This document shows positions 12,352 through 24,050 of a DNA stretch of 64,000 bases, piece by piece. Positions within the stretch are counted from its first letter, which is position 1. The number at the start of each line of letters is the position of its first letter. The DNA is from Chiloscyllium plagiosum. Its lineage: Eukaryota. Position numbers and translations under genes: made by a program. The DNA lies in assembly GCF_004010195.1 (NCBI RefSeq), contig NC_057718.1, positions 49,850,791 through 49,914,790 of the forward strand. Reading direction: 5' to 3'. The notes below the pieces were generated by a model. It was not told the DNA's origin. It did no database searches and was given only the letters and a program-made list of their open reading frames with translations.

Positions 12352-13767
12352 TGTGCTCCTAAGTTACAAAAACACAATCCTATCACTCAGAATTTTCAGG
12401 AGTGAATGATGCATTTGTTAGTTCATAGGAGTTCATGGTACTTTATTTCCATGTCAATGTTAATCTTAGTAACTGTAGGAGCAACCTACTTAACAAACCT
12501 CAGAAGTCAGTGTTAAAAGCTCTGGCTGAAACATAGCTCATTCAGATCCCACTCTGGACATTATGATGAATTAAAATGTTTAGACAGCTTCTCTGCTGTT
12601 GTGATTTCTCTTATAAATCTGAAATCTGTTTATATGCACATAGTTGTACACAGAAACATTGTGTAAACACACTTGTTGGAAAAGTACAGAATGCTTTTTA
12701 AAGCCTTATATATCTTGCTTATAACACATTTCTTGTACCTGAGGTATCATTGTTCAAACATATTTATAACGCCACTATTCACCAGAAAATATTACATTGT
12801 AAAATATATTATAAAAATGCACAGGGGAATAAAAGAGATATTAGCAATCACCAAACTCACAACTAGAATCAATGATACTCCCTTAATTGTGACATGGTTT
12901 TGTAAGTTAAGCTGAGGGGGAGTTCTCAGCATTATAACCACAGAGATGCACAAACGTCAAAAAAATGAAGAAGAGAATCAAATATTCATTGAGTAACTGA
13001 TAAATTTTTTGGCTAAGTTGAACTAATAGCTACTTAGTTTGAACACCTTCATAGAGACAAAGTTGCAGAGGACATAACGTTTGAAAGAGATTGTGAATTT
13101 CTCCGTTTGTGGCCCAAGATAACATCGTAGACTCAATAAACTGATTTCCTCTCTTCTTATTAATACAATCATAGAATCATACAGTAGAGAAGAGACTCAT
13201 TATATCTGCAGAAATGAAAAACCATTCTAAATCTACACATGACCTATTTTCCAGCACTTTTCCGATATAATTGAATATTGAATGCTCATTGGTCATATAG
13301 GCTGACTTTGTTGGAGTTGATGTTCTCTGGAATTAGGCTCACTGTCTCCGGAAACAGTTCCAAGGTGACCACAAGGCTGTGCAATGATGTGATTGGTTCC
13401 CCTCACACATACTCACCTCCTGACAGGAAGGCAGGCCACACCTGTAGCTCTGAGACCGGTCTACCATTTCTTAGAGGTCCTTGTAGGCTTCATGAATCTG
13501 CAAAAATCTAGCCAGTAACTCTGAGACGTCATTTAAATATCACCAGCTGGTTTCCTGTCCAAAAGTGACATAAAATCTCAACATTTAAATTCCACTCAAT
13601 AAGTTGGTTGGCGAGATTGACTTTTGACCACATCCCTGAAGTATCAGATTCTGGGGAAATGGCAGGAAGTTGGGATCTTGTGTAGTTTAGGTTTTCCTTG
13701 ATGTGTTTGGGGCAACAGTCTCACTTCTTTCCTCACAAACAAAACCTTTTTACACTCTCTTCTTCAG

Positions 13768-13818
13768 GACAAGACTGACTTTCGCCGTGATGGCATCGAT
13801 GCTTATGATTAAGATTTG
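13768..13818 (+). CDS. Candidate host-gene exon containing a start codon (ATG 13790; MASMLMIKIW...)
   Basis: Polypyrimidine tract and cag acceptor (ttttacactctcttcttcag|G), Kozak-like GCCGTGATGG, donor TG|gtatgc; lies in apparently non-repetitive DNA. No homolog recognised. Confidence 0.3.
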
Positions 13819-14999
13819 GTATGCACATGTAAATTATGACTTGATCCTTGAGGCCAGCTTAGCAAAGCTGATGAAAATCTGCAATGTTGAAGTCTCAGTA
13901 GCTTTCCTGAGTGTAATCAATCTAGACAATCGTCCGGTTCTGCGTATTTAATTTAATCCTTTCTCAAAAGATCAGGATTGAAATACTAAATGAGGAAATG
14001 CCTGCAGAACAAAGACTTATCAACAGTATTGACAATGAGGTAAGATTTGACAAATCAAACAAAGAAACAGGAAATGAATTTGTGTGCTGGGTTTTACCTG
14101 ACCCCCAGTCAGCAGGCCTCAGAATAAATGTTCTCTTTGGTGTTCTTATTCCAATTCACCCTCATTGTCATCCATCCCTAAACATTTTGGAGTCAGTCAC
14201 ACTATGATGAGGATCTGCAAGCCCAGCATGGAGGACAGATCAATTTTTGATGACAGGTCTCCTTTGTTAAAGGCCTTTTATGATAAACAGGAAAACTGCA
14301 ATTTTTTTTAGCAGCAAACAATATTGAGACTAGGTTAGCAGCTAAGATTCTATGAATTAAGTTTTTAAATGTCACCGTGGGATTTGAACCCTCAATCCCA
14401 GGGTAGCCATTAGCTTTCCTGTGATAGCATCCATATGCTATCATCTCAGCCCATCAGGCCACCTTGAGGAAGAAGATTAGAATCTACAAGACATACATGG
14501 TGCTATCTACGGGGCTGTAGGTGATAGGAGATTGCAACAATATTTTCTCACAAAAAGGACTATTGGTCAACTATATGACCCACTTTAAAACCGATTATTA
14601 CAAATTCCAGAATATTCAATATAAAAATTGAGAGGGTGGCTAAATCTCTTGGCCATCCAAATTATAATGGAATCACAGAAACAATAAGGAAGTAAATGTC
14701 ACAATGACACAAGGCATTTCCTTGTTGGGTGATTCTTTAGTGTTGCTGTAATATCACAGTGAATGTTGAGTTCAATAACTTTATTGCATGAACACTACCC
14801 TCCATTTGAACTACAACTCCTCCTCCCCTCACTCCCACCATCTTGTCTGCATATGTGTGCTCTCTGCAGAGCTGACCTATTTTCTGCTAATAACATAAAA
14901 CATTAACATCTATTCTTCATCTATATCAGTCCTGTACTTTTAATTTTGTTCTGGGCACCCTCATCATCTGTTCTGGTTGCGCCTCAGTTCTCCCTTTGT

Positions 15000-15172
15000 T
15001 AACCATGATAAAAAATATTATTTTCCAGCTGTCTTCGGTTCCAAAGCAGAGTCCTATTGCATTCAAAGAGTGAATTCTATTTCTTTCCCTGCAGATGTTG
15101 ATAGACCTGCTCAGTTTCTCAGCATTTCCAGCTTTTAGTTTAGCTGGAAGCATCTACAGCATTTTGCTTTTA
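15000..15172 (+). mobile_element. Old degenerate Penelope-like arm
   Basis: cagatgttgatagacctgctcagtttctcagcattt...agcatctacagcattttgctttt resembles the PLE arm consensus. Confidence 0.5.
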
Positions 15173-15655
15173 TTTGACCATTTGCATTAAACATTTCCAG
15201 CAATTTGATGTTGGCACAGCAGAAGCAGTTCTCAGGAATTTATTGGCCTTAGCAGTGCAACTGTGACATTGCCTCATTGTTGGTATAAAGCACTTTGATG
15301 TGTCCCAAAGCTGTAAAAGACATTATGGAAATGTAAGCTTAACATCACATGCTTACTACATTAGCAATGTTGAATAAACAGCAAGGAGCAGATTGTATAT
15401 CTTTCTGTCCCCACTGATTATTTACACTTATTGCAGTGTGAAACTGGTGACACTAGCATAAAGCACAGCTGAAGAATGTGTAAATTATAATTTGCGAGTT
15501 CACATGGTAGTTAGCTGTAGCGAGATGCTTCTTGCACCTTGGCGTATGAGATCATTTGTTGTATTATTACAAATGCACACATTAATCAGAGACATAGAAT
15601 GACTCCCGTATTATGAAATATAGCCTCTCAAGAGATTGTGGTTTTAAGTCAGAGT

Positions 15656-16278
15656 TGATACAGACCAGATCAAACCCCCTCAAACTATTCAGAAGATAGT
15701 TGAACCTTTTCTTAGTTCAAAGCTAAATGTAAGATGTAATTCTATTGCTTCAAATGATCCAGGTTAAAGCAACACATACTTTATTCATCCACTATGGTTA
15801 GATATAACAAAAGAAAGAAGCATTTGGAATAATGTACCTCTATTGGAAAATTTAACAGAATAATAGGCACAGTAACTATTATTAATTACATCTCATAAAA
15901 CACATCCTTGGCAAACGGTAAATTCAGAAAACATTATCTCACATGAAATTCCAATAGCACAGGAGGCCAAACAAAAATCAAGAGAAAATTCTAAGAGAGA
16001 GTGTAGTAGCCAGGAGAGATTTACTGCAGCTTCCAACCCTGCTGAGACCCCAGCAACAAATTCTGGAAGCTAAAAACTAAAAATGTTGGTTCTGTGGGAG
16101 TTTGGCCCCCCACTTATTCAGGCTGTTTCTATTGTTCCAACTCTAACAGAGAGACCCCAAAGCCTCACAAGCTGTTTACTCTAGTGGGTCTGGTAGACTG
16201 CTCATCACATTTGCCTTAACATCTTTCTCTAAACTAAAAGGACAAAAATGTACCTCTTAAAGCTACAGTCTTGTCACA
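15656..16278 (-). mobile_element. Solo LTR (probably Gypsy)
   Basis: TG...CA termini and a 4-bp TSD gagt (15652-15655 and 16279-16282); strand is tentative; abuts the CR1 to its right. Confidence 0.65.
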
Positions 16279-17255
16279 GAGTAATGACCAAAAATTGAAT
16301 AAAGACAGAAAAAATGGAGAATGAGAGAAAGATAGCTAGATTTTTTTTTAAGAAAAGTAACATGGTTAGAGTTTCTATAAACATTTAAAGAAGAAAAGAG
16401 TTAACCAAGTGGGTGTTGGTTTCTATTGAAAATCAGGCTGAAGAATTAGCAATGGAAAATAAGAAAATAGCAGGTGAATTGAACAGATATTTTGCATCAG
16501 CTTATACTATAGAGGATAAAAGTAACATCCTGAAACATCTATAAGGATCAGCAGAGAGCAAGGTATTCAGGAAAATAACAATCACCAGAGCGGTGTTACT
16601 ATGGAGGGCTAACATATTGAATCCTGATGGATCTCATCCTCAGCTCTTAAAAGAAGTAGCTAGTGAGATAGTTCATGCCTTGGTTTCAATTTTCCAAAAC
16701 TCTCTTATTTGCAGATGGTCCCATTAGATTGGAAGATAGTGAATGTAATGTTTTTATTCAGAAAGAAGTTCTGTAGGCCATTTAGCTTAACAGCTGTTGA
16801 TGGGAAAATGTTAGAAACCATTATTAAGTAAGTTATAATATGACACCTGGTTAATTTCAAGATAATTAGGAGAAGTCAAAATGCTTTTATGAAAGGGAAG
16901 TTATGTTTAACCAACCTATTGTACTTTTTTGATGAGGTAACATGCTGTGGATACAGAAGAACTGGTGGATGTGCTGTATTTAGATTTCCAGCAAGAATTT
17001 GATAAGATTATTACAAAAATGAAAAGCTCTTGGTGTGTAGTGGTAGCATGGATCGAAGATTGATTGCCTAACAGGAAGCAATAAGCAGGCGTGCCTTACG
17101 TGGGTTGGCAAGAATGTAATGAGTGGTGTGTTACAAGTTCAGTGCTGGGACCTCAACTGTTTACAATTCATCCAAATGGGCTAGATGAAGGAATAGAAGC
17201 ATTGGGTGCCAAATTTACTGTCGGTGCAAATGTAGGTAGGCAAGTTGTAAAGAGG

Positions 17256-17605
17256 AGAAAGTGAGGTCTGCAGATGCTGGAGATCAGAGCTGAAAATGTG
17301 TTGCTGGAAAAGCGCAGCAGGTCAGGCAGCATCCAGGGAACAGGAGAATCGACGTTTCGGGCATAAGCCCTTCTTCAGGAATGTTTGAGAATGTGGCTGA
17401 AGAGCTTCTGTGCAGAGGAGATGACCTGAGGGGTGCAGTGAGAGAGGGACTCACTGAAATCTTTGTAGAGGGAGGAAGAGAGCTTCTTCAAGGAAGGCAT
17501 CCTTGTAAGAGGATTCCTGAAGAAGGGCTTATGCACGAAATGTCGATTCTCCTGTTCCCTGGATGCTGCCTGACCTGCTGCACTTTTCCAGCAACACATT
17601 TTCAG
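17256..17605. mobile_element. Palindromic Penelope-derived mini-element with an internal spacer
   Basis: Inverted arms around a ~130-bp spacer; 15-bp TSD caagttgtaaagagg at 17241-17255 and 17606-17620; intact hammerhead motif on the minus strand at 17351-17378. Confidence 0.9.
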
Positions 17606-18004
17606 CAAGTTGTAAAGAGGGCACAAGGAGATTATAAAAATGATTGATAGATTAAATGAGTGGGCAAAGATATGACAAACAGAAACAATGTGAGAAAATG
17701 TGAAATTGTCCAACTTAGCAGGGACAATAATAAAGCAGCATATTATCTAAATGGAGACCGATTGCCGAACTCTGAGATGTAATGAGATTTGGGTGTTTTT
17801 GTGCATCACAAAATGTTGCCATCATTGTCAGGGAACTGAACAGAAAAGTAGGGAGTTATCCAGGGCACTGCATCAGGAGCACTCTGACAGCATTGGCCAT
17901 CTCATTTAAGGAAGAATGTAACCACATTGGGGACAGTTCAGTAATGGTCTACAAGACCAATTCCTGGAATGGGCATATTGTCACATAAGGCATCTATTGA
18001 AGGT

Positions 18005-18221
18005 GAGAAAGTGAGGACTGCAGATGCTGAAGATCATGAAGAGTGTGGTGCTGGAAAAGCACAGCCGGTCAGGCAGCAGCCAAGGAGCATCAGAGTTGAC
18101 GTTTCTAGCATAAGCCCTTCATCAGGAAAGTGATGAAGGGCTTATGCTCGAAACATCAACTTTCCTAGTCCTTGGATGCTGCCTGACCGGCTGTGCTTTT
18201 CCAGTACCACACTCTTCGACT
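18005..18221. mobile_element. Older palindromic Penelope-derived mini-element
   Basis: Inverted arms centred near 18127; stem-loop gggc-ttat-gctc followed by gaaac; partial flanking duplication tctattga. Confidence 0.85.
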
Positions 18222-18642
18222 CAGACTTCTATTGAGTTTAGAAGGGCAAGGGGCAACTTGATTGTAACATGATATCCTGAGGGATCTTGTTAGGGTGGAT
18301 GTAGGGATGATGTTTCCTTTTATGAAAGAATCTAGAACTGCTTAAAAATTAGGGGTCATCTACTTAAAACAGGTATTCATTTCTTTTCTGTCTGAGAGCT
18401 TAGTGAATCTTTGGAACTCTTCCTGAAACAGAAGCTTTGGATATTTTTTAGGGCAGATATAGATAGAAATTTATTAAGTAAAAGATTGAAATCTTATGAG
18501 TGATAGGCAGGAATATGGATTTGAGGTTACAATCAGATCAGCCATGACATTATTGACTGGCACATCAGTGTCAAGGGGCCGAATGCCCATGCAAAGAGTC
18601 ATAGAGTCATGCAGCACAGAAATAGATCCTTCAATCCAACAA

Positions 18643-19515
18643 CTCAGAATACAATGGGATCTTGATCAGATGGGCCAATGGGCTGAGGAGTGGCAGATGG
18701 ACTTAAATTTAGATTAATGTGAGGTGCTGCATTTTGGAAAGGCAAATCAGGGCAGGAATAATACACTTAATGGTAAGGCCCTGGGGAGTCTTGTTAAGCA
18801 AAGATACCTTGGAGTGCAGGTTCATAGTTCCTTAAAAGTGGAGTCGCAGGAGATAGGATAGTGAAGAAAGCATTTGGCATGCTTTCCTTTATTGGACAGA
18901 TCATTGAGTACATGAGTAGAGAGGTCATGTTACGACTGTACAGGACATTGGTTAGGCTACTTTTGGAATATTGTGTGCAATTCTGATCTCCCTCCTTTTG
19001 GGAGGGGGCTGCAAAAATTGAAAGGGTTCAGAAGAGATTTACAAAGATGTTGCCAGGGTTGGAGGGTTTGAGCTAAAGGGAGAGGCTGAATAGGCTGGGG
19101 CTGTTTTCCCTGGAGCGTCGGAGGCTGAAGGTTGACCTTTATAGAGGTTTATAAAATCATGAGGGACATGGATAAGGAAAATAGACAAGATATTTTCCCT
19201 GGGATGGGGGAGTCCAGAACTAGAGGGCATAGGTTTAGGTTTAGGGGAAAGGTTTAAAAGGGGTCTAAGGGGCAATGTTTTATGCAGGGGGTGGTGCATA
19301 TATGGAAGGAGCTGCCAGAGGAAGTGGTGGAGCCTGGTACAAATGCAACATTTAAAAGGTATCTGGATAAATTTATGAATAGGAAGGATTTAGAGAGATC
19401 TGTGCCAAGTGGTGGCAAATGGAACTAGATTAGTTTAGGATATCTGGTCAGCATGGACGAGTTGGACTGAAGTGTCTGTCTCTGTGCTGCAAATCACTGT
19501 GACTTTATGGCTCTA
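18643..19515 (+). mobile_element. CR1 LINE 3' portion, inserted into a minus-strand CR1 tail (18595-18642 and 19516-19600)
   Basis: DLDQMGQWAEEWQM, LYRTLVRLLLEYCVQF, CR1 3' UTR; the two flanks join into one continuous antisense CR1 tail. Confidence 0.9.
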
Positions 19516-20547
19516 AGTCCACGCCAACCAAGTTCCCAAACTAAACAGGTCCCATTCATCTGCGCTTGTCCTATATCCCTCCAAACCTTTCCTAATCAGG
19601 AATTATTTGAACTACAAGAGTTCCAAAATGATTCAAAATAGAAGTCTTATGATTCTGAAATATAAAAACCAGAAGAATTATACAAGAAAGCCTACAACTC
19701 CAGAGCAGCTGCAATGTCCATTCCATTCTCAGTCCTCCATTTTAATGTAATTCCTTCTCCTGCTCCTGATTTGTATGTTCATAGCAAGTGGTGTTAGCAT
19801 AGTGAGGGAAAACTGTTGGTTCTGCCTGTAGATCCCCATTGAGCCAATCCCTAATCCCTTGTTGTTAGGGAAGAAAGGGAGCTAACTGTAGTAACAGAAG
19901 GGAAACCAGATGATAAGCAACCTTCACAAGAGACACCATGGAATCTTCTGTTTCTTAACACTGCCATTCAGCAATGCGTTATGTCATTGGTCCTATTTCC
20001 TCTATTTTTGATACCTGTGGCAGAGTTCAATAAATTTCCAGTCAAGACATATTCCCTGTTATTTTATCTTATCATGAATTGCTGGCTGAGATTTTAGTGT
20101 CATCTCAACAACTTAATAGACTTTCAATGAATGATCCCTAATATCACAATATGTGTATCAAGCTGATAAATGAATAAGTGTTCAGAAAATTATTTTTAAT
20201 TAAAATGGATTACTAATGGGAAAATGCAATAATTACAGAAGGACTGTGCAAATATAGGTTTGGTATAACTTGTCCAGCATGCTATATTAAAAGCCATTCA
20301 AAATATTGAATGTTCTAAGTTACTTTCTCACAAATATGGCACACCTTGACCAAAAGCATATTGCTGAGTTATAATTGCTTGGGATGCAAAAGCAAAACCC
20401 GATGGTTTCTGAAAGGTTGTTACCTAATTTCAATTTGATAAAGTGCAGCTGGAAAATGAGTGTTGAATCATTGATGAGCAACTGAATACAATGACTGGCT
20501 GCACTAAGAAGAACATTTGTTAGAAATAAGGCTCTGTGAAAATAACA

Positions 20548-20665
20548 CCATAAAAAATAGGACAGAAGGAGGGCCAATCCGCCCCTCAAGCCTGCTCCAC
20601 CATTCAATAGGATCATGGCTAATCCAACCTTCCTCAAATCCACTTTTATACCTTATTCCCATAAT
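20548..20665 (-). mobile_element. CR1 3' tail of another subfamily; further minus-strand sequence at ~21366-21480
   Basis: gcccctcaagcctgctccaccattcaataggatcatggct tail motif. Confidence 0.7.
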
Positions 20666-20667
20666 CC

Positions 20668-21363
20668 ATGTTGTAGAACAGAGAGACCTGGAGGGTTCAA
20701 GTACATAATTCTTTGAGATTTGTGTAGATAGGGTGGTTAAGAAAGCATTTAATATGCTTGCTTTCAGCTCAGACCTTTGAATATAGGAGTTGGGATGTCC
20801 TATTGAGTTTGTAAAAGATCTTGGTGAGGTGTCTTCTAGAGTACTGTATCCAGTTCTGGAAGCACAGCTATAGGAAGGATATAATTAAATTGGATTTGTT
20901 TCAGAAAAGATTTACCAGGATTTTGCCAGGAATGGAAGGCTTGAGTTATAAAAATAGTCTGGATAGGCTGGGAACTTTTTTTTCACTGAAATGTAGGAGT
21001 TTGAGAATTGATCTTATAGAGGTTTATAAAATCATCAAGGGCATAGATAAGTTGAATAGCAAGGATCTTTTCCCTACCATGGGTGAGTTCAAAACTCAGG
21101 GCGTGTGTTTAAAGTGAGAGGAGAAAGTTTTAAAAAGGACATGAGGGGAAACATTATTATGTAAAGAGTGGTTCATTTATGGGATGAACTGCCAAAAGAA
21201 GTGGTGTATGCAGGTAGAGTTACAACATTTAAGACATTTAGATAAGTACATGAACAGGAAAGGATTGAAGGGATCTGGGGCAAATGCAGGCAAATGGGAG
21301 TAGTTTAGTTTGGGAACATGGTCTGTTCACAAAGAAGATCTGCTTCCATTTCTATGATTCTAC
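20668..21363 (+). mobile_element. CR1 LINE 3' portion
   Basis: ORF 20821..21117 LLEYCIQFW...FQKRFTRILPGMEGLSY...DLIEVYKIIKGID. Confidence 0.9.
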
Positions 21364-22810
21364 ATAGTAACTTTCTTTAAATAAGGGGACCAAAGCTGCT
21401 CAAAGTACTCTAGATGTTGTTTCACCAGCACCTTGCACGTTGCATTAAGACTTATGTCAACTCAACTCCACCCTTGGTGAAGGGTATAAATGATAGTGTA
21501 AAAAAAACCTGTGCTGTAAACGGAAAAGAGTCATGTTAAAAGATCTGACCTTTATCAATGCTAGACTGATAAATTGCGTGACATTAATGGTCTCTCTTAT
21601 CATGTTATTGGTGTATCTCTCCAGTTGTAGTTTTGAATCTACATCTATTGAAATGTATCACGATGTTGAGATTTTGTGTGTGTGTCATAATTCTCATATG
21701 CCTTTGTTAAAAGAATGCAAATCTGAATAACTCAGGAGATGGTCTTACACTAAAACATTCCAAGCTGATACTGGTATTTAAATTTTCATCTGGACATTTA
21801 GGCCTTGAAAATAGATCATACTATGTCATTTTCATAAATGTATAGATGCAAGGGGTCAAAATATATTTTTCAAGTGAGATTATCTCAAAGCCTACTTTTT
21901 TTATTTTAAGGGGCTATTTTCTAATCTGGGGACTCATTTTTCATTCTTACTAACTCCTTTATTATGTTGGAATATTATCTGTTGCATTTGTGTTGATTTT
22001 CTTCAGATTGCTTTTTTAGTTGAACGAGATAGTACCAATACCAAAGATTGAAGGCATATGTAATTAAATCTTTTACTTTAAAGTGTCTTAATACATATTA
22101 TAATAAATGGATATAAACACATCTCTCATAATTTGTATGCTTTACTGCATTCATCAAAATAAATAGTTAAATGCAGCCTTCAATAAAAAAAAATCAACAT
22201 TAATACTGATTGTCCAGGAGATATTATTTCGGCATTTTCTTCATTAACATTGAATACAGATGCAGACTGCCATTTAGATTAAGAAGTTACAATTTATCTA
22301 CATGTTGTATTCTGTGTTTCTATACATAAAAGAAACATGCAAAGCCTCAGCAACTCTGAATGCCTTCCCTTTACAGAAAACTCTTCTGTGCAACCTGTGC
22401 TCTCAGCATGTTGAATGTGTCATTACCAAGTTCACTTGTTTACTGATGAATAAAGTTTAATGATGTATAAAGCAGGTACCCAACTTCCAAGTCATCAAGG
22501 TCCAAGTCAGGGCTGGTGCTCAGCTTTCCCCTCTCCACCCAGTCCAACACTCAGATCCTGCTTCCCCACACTGTTCCCTGTCCAGCATTCAGGTTCTCCA
22601 AAGCTGGCTGATACTCAGGAGCTTGGCCCCAGTGGGTAAACCCCTTGCTTCTCTTCCATTCATTTTCAGTCTCTGGAACAGCAGCAAAAGTGGGAGTGAG
22701 AGAGCTTGTGATTGGTGGAACTGGAGAAGCAGCCTGTGGAACAGAGACTGTGATTGGAGGAGCAGCTCCTTACAGATTCAGTCTCTCCTGCAGAGGGGAG
22801 TGCCTTTTCT

Positions 22811-22941
22811 CCTGATGAAGAGCTTTTGCCCGTGACGTCGATTTTTCTGCTCCTCGGATGCTACCTGAACTGCTGTGCTTTTCCAGCACCACTCAAATCT
22901 AGACTCTGATTTCCAGCATCTGCAGTCCTCACTTTTGCCTT
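22811..22941 (+). mobile_element. Single Penelope-like arm with a degenerate hammerhead motif
   Basis: cctgatgaagagcttttgcccgtgacgtc...ccagcatctgcagtcctcactttt. Confidence 0.8.
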
Positions 22942-23017
22942 TTCTCCAATTGGTTATCTCTGTGATTGTACTGTTACAGGTGTTTTGAGGTTTGTTGGGG
23001 TGAATTCCCTTGCTGCT

Positions 23018-23097
23018 CTTTGAGCCAGGAGGCCTGGGTTCAAGTCCCACCTGCCCGAGAGGTGTGCCATAGCATCTCTGCACAGATTGATAAAAAA
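23018..23097 (+). mobile_element. tRNA-derived SINE fragment
   Basis: B-box gggttcaagtccc; same family as 8250-8360. Confidence 0.6.
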
Positions 23098-23929
23098 AAC
23101 TTTATTTGTTGCTCTTGTGTGTTTTGAATATGATGTAGAAGTCTGATTTGAAAGTTGAGTATGTTCATTTTGCACTAAAGGAGTTTGATCAGCATTGATC
23201 AGCAAATTGGTAAAAGCTCCATAATTGTGTAGAGTGCAGATTGAAATAGAATCAGGTTAACACACTTTGCAAATTGAAGCTCTGAAATCTATTTCAGGTG
23301 CACATTATAGAATTAAATGGTACATGACTACAAGATGTTCCTATTTAGAGAAAGGTTTTCATTCTGTTGTGGAGTCAGGACGTGCAAGAGTACCTCTCTT
23401 GCTTCCCAGTAAATCCGTGGTAATTGCTAAATGTTGCTTGCTGCTGTCTTGCCTCAGATTCATGATTGCTTCCCCATCTCGTCCTGCCTCCCTCAAACTA
23501 TCCAAGTGATGGAGATAGCAGATGAAGTCACCATGTTACAATAACTTCAAAATTAAACTCACCACGATGACCAGGATCATAACTCTGTTGTATGTGTACT
23601 TCACCTTGATGAGAATTTAGTTTTAAGTGTGTCATGCTTTCTGTGTATAAAATTTTGTGACTTTGCCTGGCAGTTAGTCTACTGTGGGTCTGCAAGCTGC
23701 CCACACATAAATAAATCAATTGGTTTCCTGTAACATTTGCTTCATAACTTATAAAGTGCTTTTCTGTTTTAAATAAACTAGCTGTCAGAGTTTATGATGA
23801 GCAATTGATGATTAAATATTTATCATTAACTTGACTGGGACAAATAATGACATACTGAAAGGCACTCCAACCTAATGCTTCTGTTTTACAGCAGCAAACT
23901 GTTTTATGTTTGTTTTTGTTAAGCAAGAG

Positions 23930-24050
23930 GATTACAGGATATGGACCAAGGCAGGTATGTGGAGTTAGGTCACACATCACTCATGGTATCATTGAATCAC
24001 AGAACAGGCTCAAGGGGCTGAATGGCCTACTCCTATTCTTGTGTTCCGGT
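23930..24050 (+). mobile_element. CR1 3' tail
   Basis: ggctcaaggggctgaatggcctactcctattc tail motif. Confidence 0.75.

Larger units (their letters stand above)
16283..18590 (+). mobile_element. Old CR1 ORF2 (RT) fragment, interrupted by two PLE insertions
   Basis: Degenerate motifs ELNRYFAS, PDG.HP.LLKEVA.EI, DVLYLDF, SVLGPQLFTI, IDRLNEWAK; CR1 3' end near 18500-18590. Confidence 0.85.
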
